From: Coriobacteriia bacterium
GTDB taxonomy: Bacteria > Actinomycetota > Coriobacteriia > Anaerosomatales > PALSA-660
Assembly: GCA_036508875.1 (NCBI GenBank)
Contig: DATCGP010000034.1
Location: 11,037-75,036, forward strand
Length of the DNA: 64,000 nucleotides
Direction: 5' to 3'
The notes below the pieces were generated by a model. The model did not search any database and had not been told where the DNA came from. It was given only the letters and a program-made list of their open reading frames with translations. Position numbers and translations under genes: made by a program. This document shows positions 51,055-61,500 of this stretch, one piece after another (position 1 is the first letter of the stretch; each line of letters begins with the position of its first letter).

Positions 51055-51419
51055 GACGGCGAAGCGAACGCGGCCCGGTAGTGCCGCAACAATGCGCGAT
51101 CCGGCGCGAGCACCTTGATCGCGACGACGTCGAATCTGACAGTGGTCTCCGCAGGTTCGCCGGTCTCACGAAGGTAGGCCTGCGCGAGTCGCGACACCCG
51201 TCGCTGCTTCGCAGCGGAGACCGCCTCCTCGGCCGTCCCGGCGCGCTCCGAGCGGCGGGTCTTCACCTCGACGAAGACGATCTCGGCACCGTCACGCGCG
51301 ACGATATCGATCTCCCCCGACTGGCAGCGCCAGTTCCGTGCCTCGACGACGAACCCGATGCGCTCGAGGTACGCGGCAGCGGCGTCCTCTCCCCTGCGTG
51401 CGGTCTCCGCCCTGTCCAT
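51051..51419 (-). CDS. yraN: YraN family endonuclease (UPF0102)
   Basis: 122 aa; GE.AA..YL...G......NWR...GEIDIVA.DG...VFVEVKTR. Confidence 0.85.
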   Translation of the reverse strand: MDRAETARRGEDAAAAYLERIGFVVEARNWRCQSGEIDIVARDGAEIVFVEVKTRRSERAGTAEEAVSAAKQRRVSRLAQAYLRETGEPAETTVRFDVVAIKVLAPDRALLRHYRAAFASPS

Positions 51420-51491
51420 ACGGCAACACCTCCGCGGACCAGCGTGCGGGACGGTGCTTGCCGTTTCAGTGACGCGGAACCGACCGATGTC

Positions 51492-52298
51492 TTACGGGAA
51501 GAGCCGGTCCTGCGTCGCGCAGGGCGCGAATGACAGCCGGTGTAACGGCGACGGGCCCAGCTCTGCGATCGCCGCCATATGCTCGGGGGTTCCGTAGCCG
51601 AAGTTGATGTCGAAGCCGTACCCGGGGCAGTCGGCCGCCAAGGCGACCATGAGCGCGTTGCGCTCCACCTTCGCGATGACGGAAGCGGCCGCGATGCTCG
51701 CCTCGGACGAGTCACCCCTCACGACCGACGTGGTGGGGATACGCAGCGCACCCTTGTCGTTGCCGTCCACCAGGACGTGGTCGACGGACATGCCGAGACC
51801 CTCGAGTGCCAGCTCCCAGGCGCGCCGCGTGGCCTGCCTGATCCCCACGCGGTCGATGACGTCAGGGCCCACGTGCGCGACCGAGAAGGCCAGGCATCGG
51901 GTGCGAACCTGGTCGGCTATGCGGACGCGAAGCTCCGGCAGCAGGCGCTTCGAGTCGTTGAGTCCCTCGATGCGGCACGCGGGATCGAGGACGACGGCGC
52001 AGGCCGTGACGGGCCCGGCCAGGCACCCGCAGCCGACCTCGTCGATCCCGGCCACCACCGGGAAGCCGAGACCGTGGAGCTCGACCTGCCGCGACATCAG
52101 CGCGTCGAGCCGCGCATCCTCGGCGCGTGTACGGTCGAGGCGCGCGGCCGCCGCAACGGCCAGCGCACGAACGCCTGCGCGGGGGTCCTTGGAGAACCTG
52201 CGTATGAGCCCGGCCAGGCCCTCGGGAGGGCACGCAGCGAGCATCGCTCGGGCTTCCGTGACTGTCGTGGGAGGGCTGGGCATCGTCGCGAGAGTCAC
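51492..52298 (-). CDS. rnhB: Ribonuclease HII
   Basis: AGIDEVGCGCLAGPV..DSK, with an N-terminal ~80-aa extension as in Gram-positive RNase HII. Start uncertain: GTG 52296-52298 or ATG 52281-52283. Confidence 0.9.
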   Translation of the reverse strand: MTLATMPSPPTTVTEARAMLAACPPEGLAGLIRRFSKDPRAGVRALAVAAAARLDRTRAEDARLDALMSRQVELHGLGFPVVAGIDEVGCGCLAGPVTACAVVLDPACRIEGLNDSKRLLPELRVRIADQVRTRCLAFSVAHVGPDVIDRVGIRQATRRAWELALEGLGMSVDHVLVDGNDKGALRIPTTSVVRGDSSEASIAAASVIAKVERNALMVALAADCPGYGFDINFGYGTPEHMAAIAELGPSPLHRLSFAPCATQDRLFP

Positions 52299-52340
52299 CG
52301 CCTCAGGGTGGGCCGGTCACACGTACAGTCCGCATACTAC

Positions 52341-52376
52341 GTCGCGCTCCCCACCTGGAGTGGCAGGGAGCGCGAC
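52341..52376 (-). terminator. Strong hairpin downstream of rplS
   Basis: Perfect 11-bp stem GTCGCGCTCCC / GGGAGCGCGAC with a 14-nt loop that can pair further (CAC/GTG). It lies 31 nt after the rplS stop. No U tract. Confidence 0.5.
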
Positions 52377-52406
52377 GAGCGACATGCGAGGGGACGAGCG
52401 GCGTGC

Positions 52407-52751
52407 CTAGAAGCGCTTCTCCTTGAGACGGGCCTGCTTGCCCACCTTGTCGCGGAGGAAGTACAGCTTGGCGCGACGGACCTTGCCGCGGCTCACGATC
52501 TCGACCTTCTCGATCTTGGGCGAGTGCACCGGGAACATGCGCTCGACGCCGATGGCGAAGGAGATCTTACGGACAGTGAACGTCTCGCGCGCTCCGGCGC
52601 CGTGACGGCGGATGACGACACCCTGGAAGACTTGGATGCGCTCGCGCGTACCTTCGATGATGCGGTAGTGCACCTTGACGGTGTCACCGACCTGGAAAGC
52701 GGACATGTCCTCGCGCAGCTGCTGCGCCTCGAGTGCCTTGATCTGGTCCAT
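52407..52751 (-). CDS. rplS: 50S ribosomal protein L19
   Basis: 114 aa; [24 protein letters not shown]...G.G..ETFTVRK. Confidence 0.97.
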   Translation of the reverse strand: MDQIKALEAQQLREDMSAFQVGDTVKVHYRIIEGTRERIQVFQGVVIRRHGAGARETFTVRKISFAIGVERMFPVHSPKIEKVEIVSRGKVRRAKLYFLRDKVGKQARLKEKRF

Positions 52752-52823
52752 TTGTTCCCGGTCCCTGTCTGCTCATCTGATACGGCGCCGCGTGGGCACC
52801 GGCGGTTTCGACACGAGTCGATA

Positions 52824-52852
52824 GTATAGCGGCGCACTCCAGCAGGGGCAAC
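52824..52852 (-). promoter_or_regulatory. Candidate rplS promoter
   Basis: Minus strand reads TTGCCC (52847-52852), 17 nt, TATACT (52824-52829), ~70 nt upstream of the rplS ATG. Confidence 0.5.
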
Positions 52853-52891
52853 GCCCGTTCTTGGCGTCCCCGCCCGCCGCAGCCTCAGGCC

Positions 52892-53491
52892 CTACTTCAG
52901 GACCCCGAACCTGCTCAGCGGCCAATACGTGAAGAACGCTTGGCCGTGGACCGCGGAATCGGCCACCGGGCCGAAGTACCGGCTGTCCTGACTCGAGGTG
53001 CGGTTATCGCCCATCAGCCAGATGTAGCCTGGCGGCACGTCCACCGGGAACTGGATCCGGCTGTTCGCCAGCTTCTCGCTCGGCTGGCCGTAGGTGTAGT
53101 ACTCGTCGAGTGCGACGCCGTCGACAAGGACCTTGCCGCCCTTGAGGTCGACGGTCTGGCCGCCGACTGCGATGACGCGCTTGATGAGCGTCTCCTCGCC
53201 CGGCTCGGGCATCGGGTTGTCGAAGACCACGATGTCTCCCGCCTGAGGCGTACGGAAACGGTAGATGAACTTGTTGGCGAGCACCTGGTCGCTCAGCTGG
53301 ATCGTGGGAAGCATCGATCCGGTCGGGATCACGTACGGCTGGATCACCCAGGTGCGCACCGCCTGCGCGACGAGGAACGCGACCGCGATCGTGAGCATGA
53401 ACTCGATGATCTGACGGGTGAGCGAGCTCTTCTTGGGCTGGGGCTTCGCCGGAGCGTTGACGACCTCGGGCGTTGCTGGGGTGTCTGTCAC
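52892..53491 (-). CDS. lepB: Signal peptidase I (S26 family), copy 1
   Basis: ORF trimmed to GTG 53489-53491, a GTGA overlap with the trmD stop. TM anchor, catalytic [14 protein letters not shown] and GDNR..S.DSR. Confidence 0.88.
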   Translation of the reverse strand: MTDTPATPEVVNAPAKPQPKKSSLTRQIIEFMLTIAVAFLVAQAVRTWVIQPYVIPTGSMLPTIQLSDQVLANKFIYRFRTPQAGDIVVFDNPMPEPGEETLIKRVIAVGGQTVDLKGGKVLVDGVALDEYYTYGQPSEKLANSRIQFPVDVPPGYIWLMGDNRTSSQDSRYFGPVADSAVHGQAFFTYWPLSRFGVLK

Positions 53492-54240
53492 TCGTCCTCC
53501 GTGTCGGTTCCAAGCGCCGCACGTGCCGCGGCGCGCATCTCTGCGGTCATGTCGTCCCACGCAGCGGCCAGAAGGTCAGGCCTGCGGACGGCTGTGCGCT
53601 CGGCCGCCTGGGCCTGACGCCACCGCTCGATGCGCGCGTGGTCGCCCGAGCGCAGCACCTCGGGGACATCCATCCCGCGATACTCGGCCGGGCGTGTGTA
53701 GTGAGGATACTCGAGAAGGCCGGTGGTGAACGAATCCTCGCAGGCGGACTGGTCGTCTCCGAGCACTCCGGGGAGCAGGCGCGTGACCGCGTCGGTGATT
53801 ACCATGGCGGGCAACTCCCCGCCCGTGAGGACGTAGTCGCCGATCGAGACCTCGAGGTCCGCAGCGGAGCGGATCCGCTCATCGAACCCCTCGTACCGGC
53901 CACAGACGATGATCAGGCGATCGAGTTCCGCAAGGCGCTCCGCGCGCGACTGCGTGAAGCGCTCGCCTTGCGGAGTCACGAGGATGACGAGAGCCTGTCG
54001 CGCATCGAGCGCATGGACCGCGTCGATCGCCGCGAAGACCGGCTCGGGGCGCAACACCATGCCCGCGCCGCCGCCGTAGGGCGAGTCGTCGACCTGACGG
54101 TGCACGCCAAGAAGCGCCCAGTCGCGCAGGTCGTGCGTGTGGAACTCCAGCACGCCGCGTTCCTGTGCGATGCCGAGCATCGAGGCGCCGACGATCCCGG
54201 CGAAGGAATCGGGGAAGAGCGTGATGACGTCGATGCGCAT
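53488..54240 (-). CDS. trmD: tRNA (guanine37-N1)-methyltransferase TrmD
   Basis: Begins [10 protein letters not shown]..; contains [13 protein letters not shown] and [10 protein letters not shown]. Confidence 0.95.
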   Translation of the reverse strand: MRIDVITLFPDSFAGIVGASMLGIAQERGVLEFHTHDLRDWALLGVHRQVDDSPYGGGAGMVLRPEPVFAAIDAVHALDARQALVILVTPQGERFTQSRAERLAELDRLIIVCGRYEGFDERIRSAADLEVSIGDYVLTGGELPAMVITDAVTRLLPGVLGDDQSACEDSFTTGLLEYPHYTRPAEYRGMDVPEVLRSGDHARIERWRQAQAAERTAVRRPDLLAAAWDDMTAEMRAAARAALGTDTEDE

Positions 54241-54753
54241 CTAGCGTCCTTCCTCGATCAGGCCGGGCAGCAGTGTGACCCTGGCCGTCATGGCGTCTTC
54301 ATCGATCTCGTGCACAACGTCCTCGATGACCGGGATGAGCACCTCGCCGAACGCGCCGTCCACAATCCAGACGTCGTTCGCGCCGGTGATGATCACGTCG
54401 TTCACCGTCCCGATCAGGCCGCGCTCGTCGTCGAATACCGACAGTCCGACCGGGTCGAACTCCTCCTCGTACTCGGGGACGTCCTGCGCTCGCACCAGGA
54501 CGTTGCATCCGCGCAGCGTGTCCGCCGTGGAGATGTCGGTCACGCCGTCGAAGGAGAAGAGCGGCCCCTTGGGCCCTGGCCGCACGCTCACGATGCGCGA
54601 GGTGCGCAGCGTGTGGGGCGGGGGCGTGAACCACACGCCTATGCCCTCAAGGCGGTCGAAAGGGAGATCGCCGGCCAGCTTGACCGAGACCTCCCCGTTC
54701 AGTCCGTGTGTCTTTGCGACACGCCCGAGCTCGACGAACGCTTCCGCGTCCAT
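54241..54753 (-). CDS. rimM: Ribosome maturation factor RimM
   Basis: ORF 54241..54912 trimmed to ATG 54751-54753. Contains LGRVAKTHGLNGEV and a PRC barrel C-terminus. Confidence 0.9.
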   Translation of the reverse strand: MDAEAFVELGRVAKTHGLNGEVSVKLAGDLPFDRLEGIGVWFTPPPHTLRTSRIVSVRPGPKGPLFSFDGVTDISTADTLRGCNVLVRAQDVPEYEEEFDPVGLSVFDDERGLIGTVNDVIITGANDVWIVDGAFGEVLIPVIEDVVHEIDEDAMTARVTLLPGLIEEGR

Positions 54754-54763
54754 AACTGGCCGG

Positions 54764-55012
54764 CTACCCCAGTATCTCGAGGTCGACGTGCCTGTCGTCC
54801 GCCGAGCCTGCCGCGCGCAGCAGGGTACGGAGCGCCTTGATGATGCGCCCGGAACGGCCGATGACCTTGCCCACGTCATCCGGCGCGACGGTGACCTCGA
54901 ACAGCTCGCCACCGGTGGTCTCGGTGCGGGTGATCGAGACCGCGTCGGGATCGTCCACGAGAGCGCGGATCAGGTAGCCGAGCAGCGTCGCGGTGTCCGC
55001 AGCCATCGTCAC
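54764..55012 (-). CDS. KH-domain RNA-binding protein (YlqC/UPF0109 family)
   Basis: 82 aa; L...LVD.PD.V.I.......L.E..VAPDD.GKVIGR.GR.I.A.R.LL. GTG start forms a GTGA overlap with the rpsP stop. Confidence 0.85.
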   Translation of the reverse strand: MTMAADTATLLGYLIRALVDDPDAVSITRTETTGGELFEVTVAPDDVGKVIGRSGRIIKALRTLLRAAGSADDRHVDLEILG

Positions 55013-55524
55013 TCGGCGTCAGACTCGGCGGCGACGGGCTCCTCGGCGGCGACTTCTTCGGCGGGAGCCTCCTCGGCGACGGGCGCCTCTTCGGCGACAG
55101 CCTCAGCAGCGGGCTCCTCGACGACAGCCTCAGCAGCAGCGGCCTTGGCGGCGGCAGCCTCCTCGGCGGCCTTGGCCTTGGCATCAGCGGAGGCCTTCTT
55201 CGCTTCTTCGGCGGCCTTGACCTCGGCGGCAGCCTTGGCGACGACCTTCTTGGACGGGCGTGCCTCGACGGCCACCACGGTCTTCTCGCCACGAACGATG
55301 GCGATCAACTTGCCGGCGGCTTCCGTGGGCTGGGCGCCCTTCGCGATCCAGGCGTCGACCTTTGCAAGGTCCAGCTCGACGAACGAGGGCTGAGTGCGAG
55401 GGTTGTACCGGCCGAGGATCTCGAGGAAACGGCCGTCGCGCGGTGCACGGCCGTCGGCTGCGATAACGCGGTAGAACGGCGCCTTCTTGGCGCCAGCGCG
55501 CGCCAGACGGATCTTGACTGCCAA
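55009..55524 (-). CDS. rpsP: 30S ribosomal protein S16, with a long Ala/Glu/Lys-rich C-terminal tail
   Basis: Begins (M)[39 protein letters not shown] start at 55522-55524 with GGAGGTG 7 nt upstream. The conserved core is ~80 aa, followed by a ~90-aa low-complexity tail. Confidence 0.95.
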   Translation of the reverse strand: MAVKIRLARAGAKKAPFYRVIAADGRAPRDGRFLEILGRYNPRTQPSFVELDLAKVDAWIAKGAQPTEAAGKLIAIVRGEKTVVAVEARPSKKVVAKAAAEVKAAEEAKKASADAKAKAAEEAAAAKAAAAEAVVEEPAAEAVAEEAPVAEEAPAEEVAAEEPVAAESDAE

Positions 55525-55606
55525 GAACCTTCACCTCCGAGTGAGAGCGAGCCCGTCTTGTCCGGGCGTCGCGGATACATACCGACTCTTCGCAAAGCGA
55601 CTGCTC

Positions 55607-55635
55607 ATGATAGGGCATGCCCGGTCCCGTGTGAA
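55607..55635 (-). promoter_or_regulatory. Candidate rpsP operon promoter
   Basis: Minus strand reads TTCACA (55630-55635), 17 nt, TATCAT (55607-55612), ~80 nt upstream of the rpsP start. Confidence 0.5.
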
Positions 55636-55666
55636 GTTCGGGCTCATCACGGATCGGGTCCAAAGG

Positions 55667-57004
55667 TTAGAACGGCATCTGCGGCATGCCGCGGCGGCCA
55701 CCCTTGGTCTTGCCCATCTGCTTCATCATCTTCTTCATCTGCGCGAACTGGTCCAGCAGGCGGTTGACCTCCTGAACGCTCGTCCCGGAACCGACCGCGA
55801 TGCGCACGCGACGGTGACCGTTGATGACCACCGGCTTGCGACGCTCCTGCGCGGTCATCGACTGGATGATCGCCTGCGTGCGGTCGAGAGCCTTCTCGTC
55901 GACTTGGGCGTCCGCCAGCTGCGCGCGCTGCTGCGCCCCGATGCCCGGGATCATCCCGAGAACGTCCTTGAGCGACCCCATCTTGCGGACCTGCTGCAGC
56001 TGCTGGAGGAAGTCATCGAGCGTCAGCTCGGACGACATCAGCTTCTTCTCGAGGGCGGCCGCGTCCTCCGCCGCGACCGTCTCCTGCGCCTTCTCGATGA
56101 GCGAGACGAAGTCGCCCATGCCGAGGATGCGCTGTGCCATGCGGTCGGGGTGGAACGGCTCGAGAGCGTCGAGCTTCTCCCCCACGCCGACGAACTTGAT
56201 CGACTTGCCGGTGACCGCGCGGACTGAAAGCGCCGCGCCGCCGCGTGCGTCGCCGTCGAGCTTCGTGACGATGACCCCGTCGAAGTCGACCCGCTCGGCG
56301 AAGGCGGTTGCGGCGGTGACTGCGTCCTGGCCGGTCATGGCGTCGATCACCATGAGGACCTGGTCGGGGCGCACCGCGTCACGGATGCGCGCGGCCTCGT
56401 CCATCATTGCCTCGTCCACATGCAGACGGCCGGCCGTGTCCACGATGACGGTGTCGCGCATGTCCTGCACTGCGGCCTTCACTCCGGCCTTGGCGATGTC
56501 GACCGGGTCGGCTCCCTCGGCGCCGCGGTATACGGGCACGCCGAGCTCGCGGCCGAGCGACTCGAGCTGGTCGATCGCGGCCGGGCGATAGACGTCGCAC
56601 GCGACCATGAGCGGCCGTCGCCCCTGCTTGCGCAGCAGGTTGGCCAGCTTGGCGGCCGCGGTCGTCTTGCCGGAGCCCTGTAGGCCCACGAGCATGATGA
56701 CGTTCGGGATGCGGCCCGAGAACGCGAGCTTGCTCTCGCCGGTGCCCATCAGCGAGGTCAGCTCGTCGAGAACGATCTTGATCACCGTCTGACCGGGCGT
56801 AAGCGAGCGCATGACGTCCGCGCCGAGCGAGCGCTCGCGAACTCGGGCGACGAAGTCCTTGACGACGATGAAGTTGACGTCGGCCTCCAGCAGGGCAATG
56901 CGCACCTCGCGCATTGCGGCGTCGATATCCGCCTCGGACAGGCGGCCCTTGCCGGTCAGCTTGGAGAAGACGTCCTGGAGACGCTGTGAGAGGTTCTCGA
57001 ACAC
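55667..57004 (-). CDS. ffh: Signal recognition particle protein Ffh
   Basis: N, G and M domains: GLQGSGKTT, DTAGR and a Met-rich C-terminus. GTG start with AAGGAAGGA 8 nt upstream. Confidence 0.97.
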   Translation of the reverse strand: MFENLSQRLQDVFSKLTGKGRLSEADIDAAMREVRIALLEADVNFIVVKDFVARVRERSLGADVMRSLTPGQTVIKIVLDELTSLMGTGESKLAFSGRIPNVIMLVGLQGSGKTTAAAKLANLLRKQGRRPLMVACDVYRPAAIDQLESLGRELGVPVYRGAEGADPVDIAKAGVKAAVQDMRDTVIVDTAGRLHVDEAMMDEAARIRDAVRPDQVLMVIDAMTGQDAVTAATAFAERVDFDGVIVTKLDGDARGGAALSVRAVTGKSIKFVGVGEKLDALEPFHPDRMAQRILGMGDFVSLIEKAQETVAAEDAAALEKKLMSSELTLDDFLQQLQQVRKMGSLKDVLGMIPGIGAQQRAQLADAQVDEKALDRTQAIIQSMTAQERRKPVVINGHRRVRIAVGSGTSVQEVNRLLDQFAQMKKMMKQMGKTKGGRRGMPQMPF

Positions 57005-57033
57005 GCGAACGGTCCTTCCTTGGGTCAGGGCGG

Positions 57034-57666
57034 TCAGTGGGCCGGGGACGGCACCGGCCCGATCCGTGAGATGGGAGCATAGATGAAGAACACGCGGCCC
57101 TTGATGGCCGAGAGCGGGAACGTCCCGACGTAGCGGCTGTCCTCGGACACGCCGCGGTTGTCGCCGGCGACAAAGATGCGTCCCGGCTCGACAGTCAGAT
57201 GCTCGATCGGGGTGGATGCGCCTGAGGTGGTGATGACGTGTTGGAACTGCTCTGCCTTGCCGTTGACCAGGATGATGTCGCCGTTCACGTCCACGATGTC
57301 ACCGGGAAGCGCGACGATGCGCTTCACCCACTCCTCGGGCACGCCCTTGTTGACCACGTTGAGGATGACGATGTCGCCCCGCTGCGGGTCTGGGGGTCCC
57401 TTGGTGAGCAGTACGTAGTCATGGTCGCGCAGCGCGGGCATCATCGACGGCCCGGAGACGGTCGACGAGTCGAAGAAAACGAAGAACACGAGCACCAGCG
57501 CGATGAGGATCGTGGCCAGCGGGCCTACGAGCCAGATGGCCAGCCGCTTGGACAGTCGGTTCTCGCGCGCCTTGGCGGCGCGGATCTGGGCCTCGAGCAG
57601 AGCCGCGGAGTGGTCGATGGACACCGCTGTGTCGGGCGTGAGCTCGTCGGTCTCCGGGGCGTCCAT
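57034..57666 (-). CDS. lepB: Signal peptidase I (S26 family), copy 2
   Basis: TM anchor LAIWLVGPLATILIALVLVFFVF, catalytic SGPSMMPAL, KRIVALPGD and GDNRGVSEDSR. Lies between ftsY and ffh. Confidence 0.85.
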   Translation of the reverse strand: MDAPETDELTPDTAVSIDHSAALLEAQIRAAKARENRLSKRLAIWLVGPLATILIALVLVFFVFFDSSTVSGPSMMPALRDHDYVLLTKGPPDPQRGDIVILNVVNKGVPEEWVKRIVALPGDIVDVNGDIILVNGKAEQFQHVITTSGASTPIEHLTVEPGRIFVAGDNRGVSEDSRYVGTFPLSAIKGRVFFIYAPISRIGPVPSPAH

Positions 57667-58578
57667 CTAGCGTCCCAGGACGATAGCGCGAGCGAACTCG
57701 GTGGCGTCGAAGGGCCGAAGGTCCTCGAGCGACTCCCCCACTCCGATGCGGACGATCGGAAGCCCGAGCTCGGAGGCGATCGCTACCGCGATGCCGCCGC
57801 GCGCCGTGCCATCCAGCTTGGTCAGTACGATACCGTCCAGCTCGAGCGCCTCGTGGAAGGCGCGCGCCTGCGCCAGGCCGTTCTGGCCCGTGGTGGCGTC
57901 GATGACCAACAGGCAGCGGACCGGGAACACGCTCTGCGCCCGAGCGACCCGCTGGACCTTCTCGAGTTCCTGCATGAGGTCGGCCGAGTTGTGCAGCCTG
58001 CCGGCCGTGTCCACCAGGACGAGGTCGCTGCCCTGGGTGCGCGCAGCCGCCAGGGTGTCGAAGACGACCGACGCCGGGTCCGAGCCCCGGTCGCGCTCGA
58101 TGATCGGGACCGACGCGCGCTCGGCCCACACGCGCAGCTGTTCGATCGCCGCCGCGCGGTACGTGTCGGCCGAGCCGATGATGACGCGACGTCCCTCGGC
58201 CGCAGCTTCCGCCGCGATCTTGCCGACCGACGTGGTCTTCCCCGTACCGTTCACACCGACGAAGAGGACGGTCAGCGGTGACTCTGCGAGCGGGTCTGCG
58301 AACGGTGGCACCTGCGCCGCGATCAGGTCGACGAGCGCCTCTTCGACCGCCGTGGCGTCGGGAAGGTCCTCGCGGCGGGAGCGGGTGCGCAGCGCGGCGA
58401 CGATGTCGGCGGCCGAGCGCGCGCCCATGTCGGCGCCGATGAGTGTCTCCTCGAGGCCGTCCCAGAAGTCCTCGCCCACGTCAGGACCGCGACCGACGAG
58501 CTCCGCCAGGCGATCGCCGATCTGGTCGCGGGTGCGGGCCAGGCCGCCGCTGAGGCGGTCGAACCAGGTGGGGCTCAC
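57667..58578 (-). CDS. ftsY: Signal recognition particle receptor FtsY (NG domains only)
   Basis: ORF 57667..59709 trimmed to GTG 58576-58578, a GTGA overlap with the smc stop. 303 aa; GVNGTGKTT, DTAGR, TKLDGTA.GG. Confidence 0.95.
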   Translation of the reverse strand: MSPTWFDRLSGGLARTRDQIGDRLAELVGRGPDVGEDFWDGLEETLIGADMGARSAADIVAALRTRSRREDLPDATAVEEALVDLIAAQVPPFADPLAESPLTVLFVGVNGTGKTTSVGKIAAEAAAEGRRVIIGSADTYRAAAIEQLRVWAERASVPIIERDRGSDPASVVFDTLAAARTQGSDLVLVDTAGRLHNSADLMQELEKVQRVARAQSVFPVRCLLVIDATTGQNGLAQARAFHEALELDGIVLTKLDGTARGGIAVAIASELGLPIVRIGVGESLEDLRPFDATEFARAIVLGR

Positions 58579-61500
58579 GCGACGTCCTCGACGTCGACGA
58601 CCCGGCCGGTGCTCCTGTCGAGGCGCTGGCTGACGATCTTGCTCACTCCGTCGGACTGCATGCTCACCCCGTAGAGCACGTCCGCCATCTCCATCGTGCG
58701 GCGCTGGTGCGTCACGACGATGAACTGGGTGTGGGTCCGCATGCTGTCCAAGAACGCCACGAACCGGCGTAGGTTGGAGTCGTCGAGAGCAGCCTCGACC
58801 TCGTCCAGCACGTAGAACGGACACGGACGGGCGCGGTAGAGCGCGAACAGCAGCGCGATGGCCGTCAGCGACTTCTCCCCGCCCGACATCAGCGTCATCT
58901 TTTGGAGCTTCTTGCCCGCCGGCTGCGCCACGACCTCGATGCCGGTCGTCTCGGGATCGTCCGGATCGGTCATCGCGAGTTCCGCGTGGCCGCCTGGGAA
59001 GAGCACCTGGAACACGTTGCGGAAGTGCGCGTCGACCTGCTCGAACGTCTCGAGGAACCTGTCCTTCATCTTGCGGTCGATCGCGCGGACCACCTTCGTG
59101 AGCGCCGCACGGCTGGAAGCGAGGTCGTCGATCTGGGCCGAGAGGTAGGTCCGCCTGCTCTCCAGCGCCGCGTGTTCCTCCACCGCGAGCTCGTTGACCG
59201 GCCCGATCTGCGCCAGCTGCTTGCGGAGCTTGTGCGCGCGCTCCGCGGTCGCCTCGCGGCCGTCCACGGGGTTGGCCTCCAGCGCGCGCTCGATCGGTAC
59301 TCCATACTCCTCGACGATCCGCTGGAGGGCGGTGTCGACCTGCACCTGCAGCTGGCCCTTGGCCACCCGCAGGTCCGAGAGCGCAGCCAGCCGCTCGTCC
59401 ACCGCGGCCTGTGCGTCGCGGACCGCGTCCTGGCCGTTGCGGATCGTGTCGCGTAGAGACTCCGAGTCCGCCTGCTCGAAGCGCGCGCGGTCGCGGAGCT
59501 TGACCGCCCACTCCTCGGTGCGCTCGATCAGGGACGAGTACAGGTCGTGCAGCGGCTGGATGCGCTCGCGCAGCAGTTCGAGCGCGATCTCGGTGCGCTC
59601 CGAGGACGCCAGCGTCTCCTCGATCTCGGTGAGCTCGGCGACCGCGGCGGACATCTGACGCTTGAGGTGGACCTCGCGCTCGGAGACCGTCGCGATGTCG
59701 ACCTGGCACGTCCCGAGGCGGTCGGATATGGCGGTCTCAGCGCGGAAGCGGTCGTCACGGAACTCGCGCCGGACCGCCGCTTCCTCCTCGAGCCGCTCGA
59801 GCTCCGCCTCGACCTCGACGAGCCGGGCCGCGGCCTTCACGCGCGCTGGCTGGTCCTTCGTGTTGCGGTCGAGTATCGCCGCGGCGCGGACCGCCAGGGA
59901 GCGCGCTTCGTTGTCCAGGTCGGTGAGCGCAGCCTCGAGCCGTCCGATCTCCTCGCGCTGCGAACCGAAGTCGCCGGCGTGGGTGGCCTGCTGCTGCCCG
60001 AGTTCGAGCGCGTCCTGCTGGGCGGCGCGCAGCGCCTCCTCAGCCTCAGCCAGAGCGGCCTCGGACTCCCCCACCCGGCTCGTCGCTGCGTGTTCGTTGT
60101 CGTGCAGCTCGTTGATGCGCCGCTTGCGCTCCAACACGGACGTTGTCTGGTCCAAGCCCGGGCCCAGCGTCACCTTGCCGGACGGCCACACCATGTGCCC
60201 GTCGGCCGTCGCGAAGCGTACGCCGGGGAACCTACTCGCGCCGTCGATCGCCTCTTCGAGCGAGGGGACGAGGTACACGTCGCCGAGGACCGCCTCTATC
60301 GCGGGGCGGATCTCGTTGGGGCACGTGACGACGTCCGAGAGGCGTCGGCCCGCGGTGGACGAAGCGCCCGCAGCGCGCGCGGAGTCCAGAGCGAGCACCG
60401 CGATGTCGCCCGCCTTGTGCTCCTCGAGGAGCGCCAGCACGTCGCGGCGCGCGGACGAGTCTGAGACGAGCACGCAGAAGAGGTCCGATCCGAGCGCCAG
60501 CTCGACGGTGCGCTCGAGGCCCGGCTCGACGGTGATCAGGTCGGTGACGGGGCCTAGGAGTCCGGGGACCTTCCGCTCCGACGAGAGCACCCACGAGAGC
60601 GCCGGTGTGGCGGTCGCGAAGGCGCGATCGACCTCCTCAAGCCCGATGGCCTCGGACCTGACACGGGTCAGCGCGTCGCGCAGCTCGTCGGTCTCCTTGC
60701 GGCGCGTCTCGACGACGCGCACGCGGCGGTCGACATCCGACTCCGCCAGCGCGATCTGCTTGCCGATGTGGGCGCGCTCTCTCTCGGTGTCTTCGAGGCG
60801 AGAGCGACGCGCTGCAAGCGATGCCAGCAGCGACTGACGCTGGGAGTCCAGCACGACGATCCGCTCGGAGAACAGTGTCTGCTCCAGCGCGAACGCGGAG
60901 AGGGACTGGTCGAGCGTGGCCAGCTCCGCACGGACATCGTCCGCTTCCTTGCGCAGGCGGCGGATCGCGGTGTTCGTCTCGGTGAGCGAGGCCTCCGCGG
61001 CCAGCCGCTCCTTGCGTGCGGCCTCGGACTCGCGGCGCATCTCTCCGAGCCGCGAGTACACCGCCTTGAGCTGGCCGTCCGAGGCGGTACGCTCCTCGGT
61101 GAGGCGGGCGATCTCCTCCGTGCGCTTGGCGCTGCGACCGGCGGCGCCGTGGACCTTGGCGCGAAGCTCGGACAAGCGCTCGATGAGGTTCTTGCCCTTC
61201 TCCTCGAGCAGCAGCAGGCCCGAGTTCAGCCGCTCCAGGACCTTCTCGAGGCGGCGACGCTGCTCGGAGAGGTCGCCGACGAACAGCCCCTTCTCCTCGA
61301 GCAGGGACTGGAAGGTGCCGAGGGCCTTCTCCTTCTCGGCCAGGCGGTAGCGCGCGAGCTCGATGTCCGCGTCGTGTTCCCGCTCTTCCTTGGCGAGCGC
61401 ATCCCACTGCTCGCGCTGAGCGCGAAGATCGTCGACCGCGAGGGCGACCTCGACCTCACGGAGCTGGGAAGTCAGGGAGTCGTACTGGCGCGCCTTGTCG

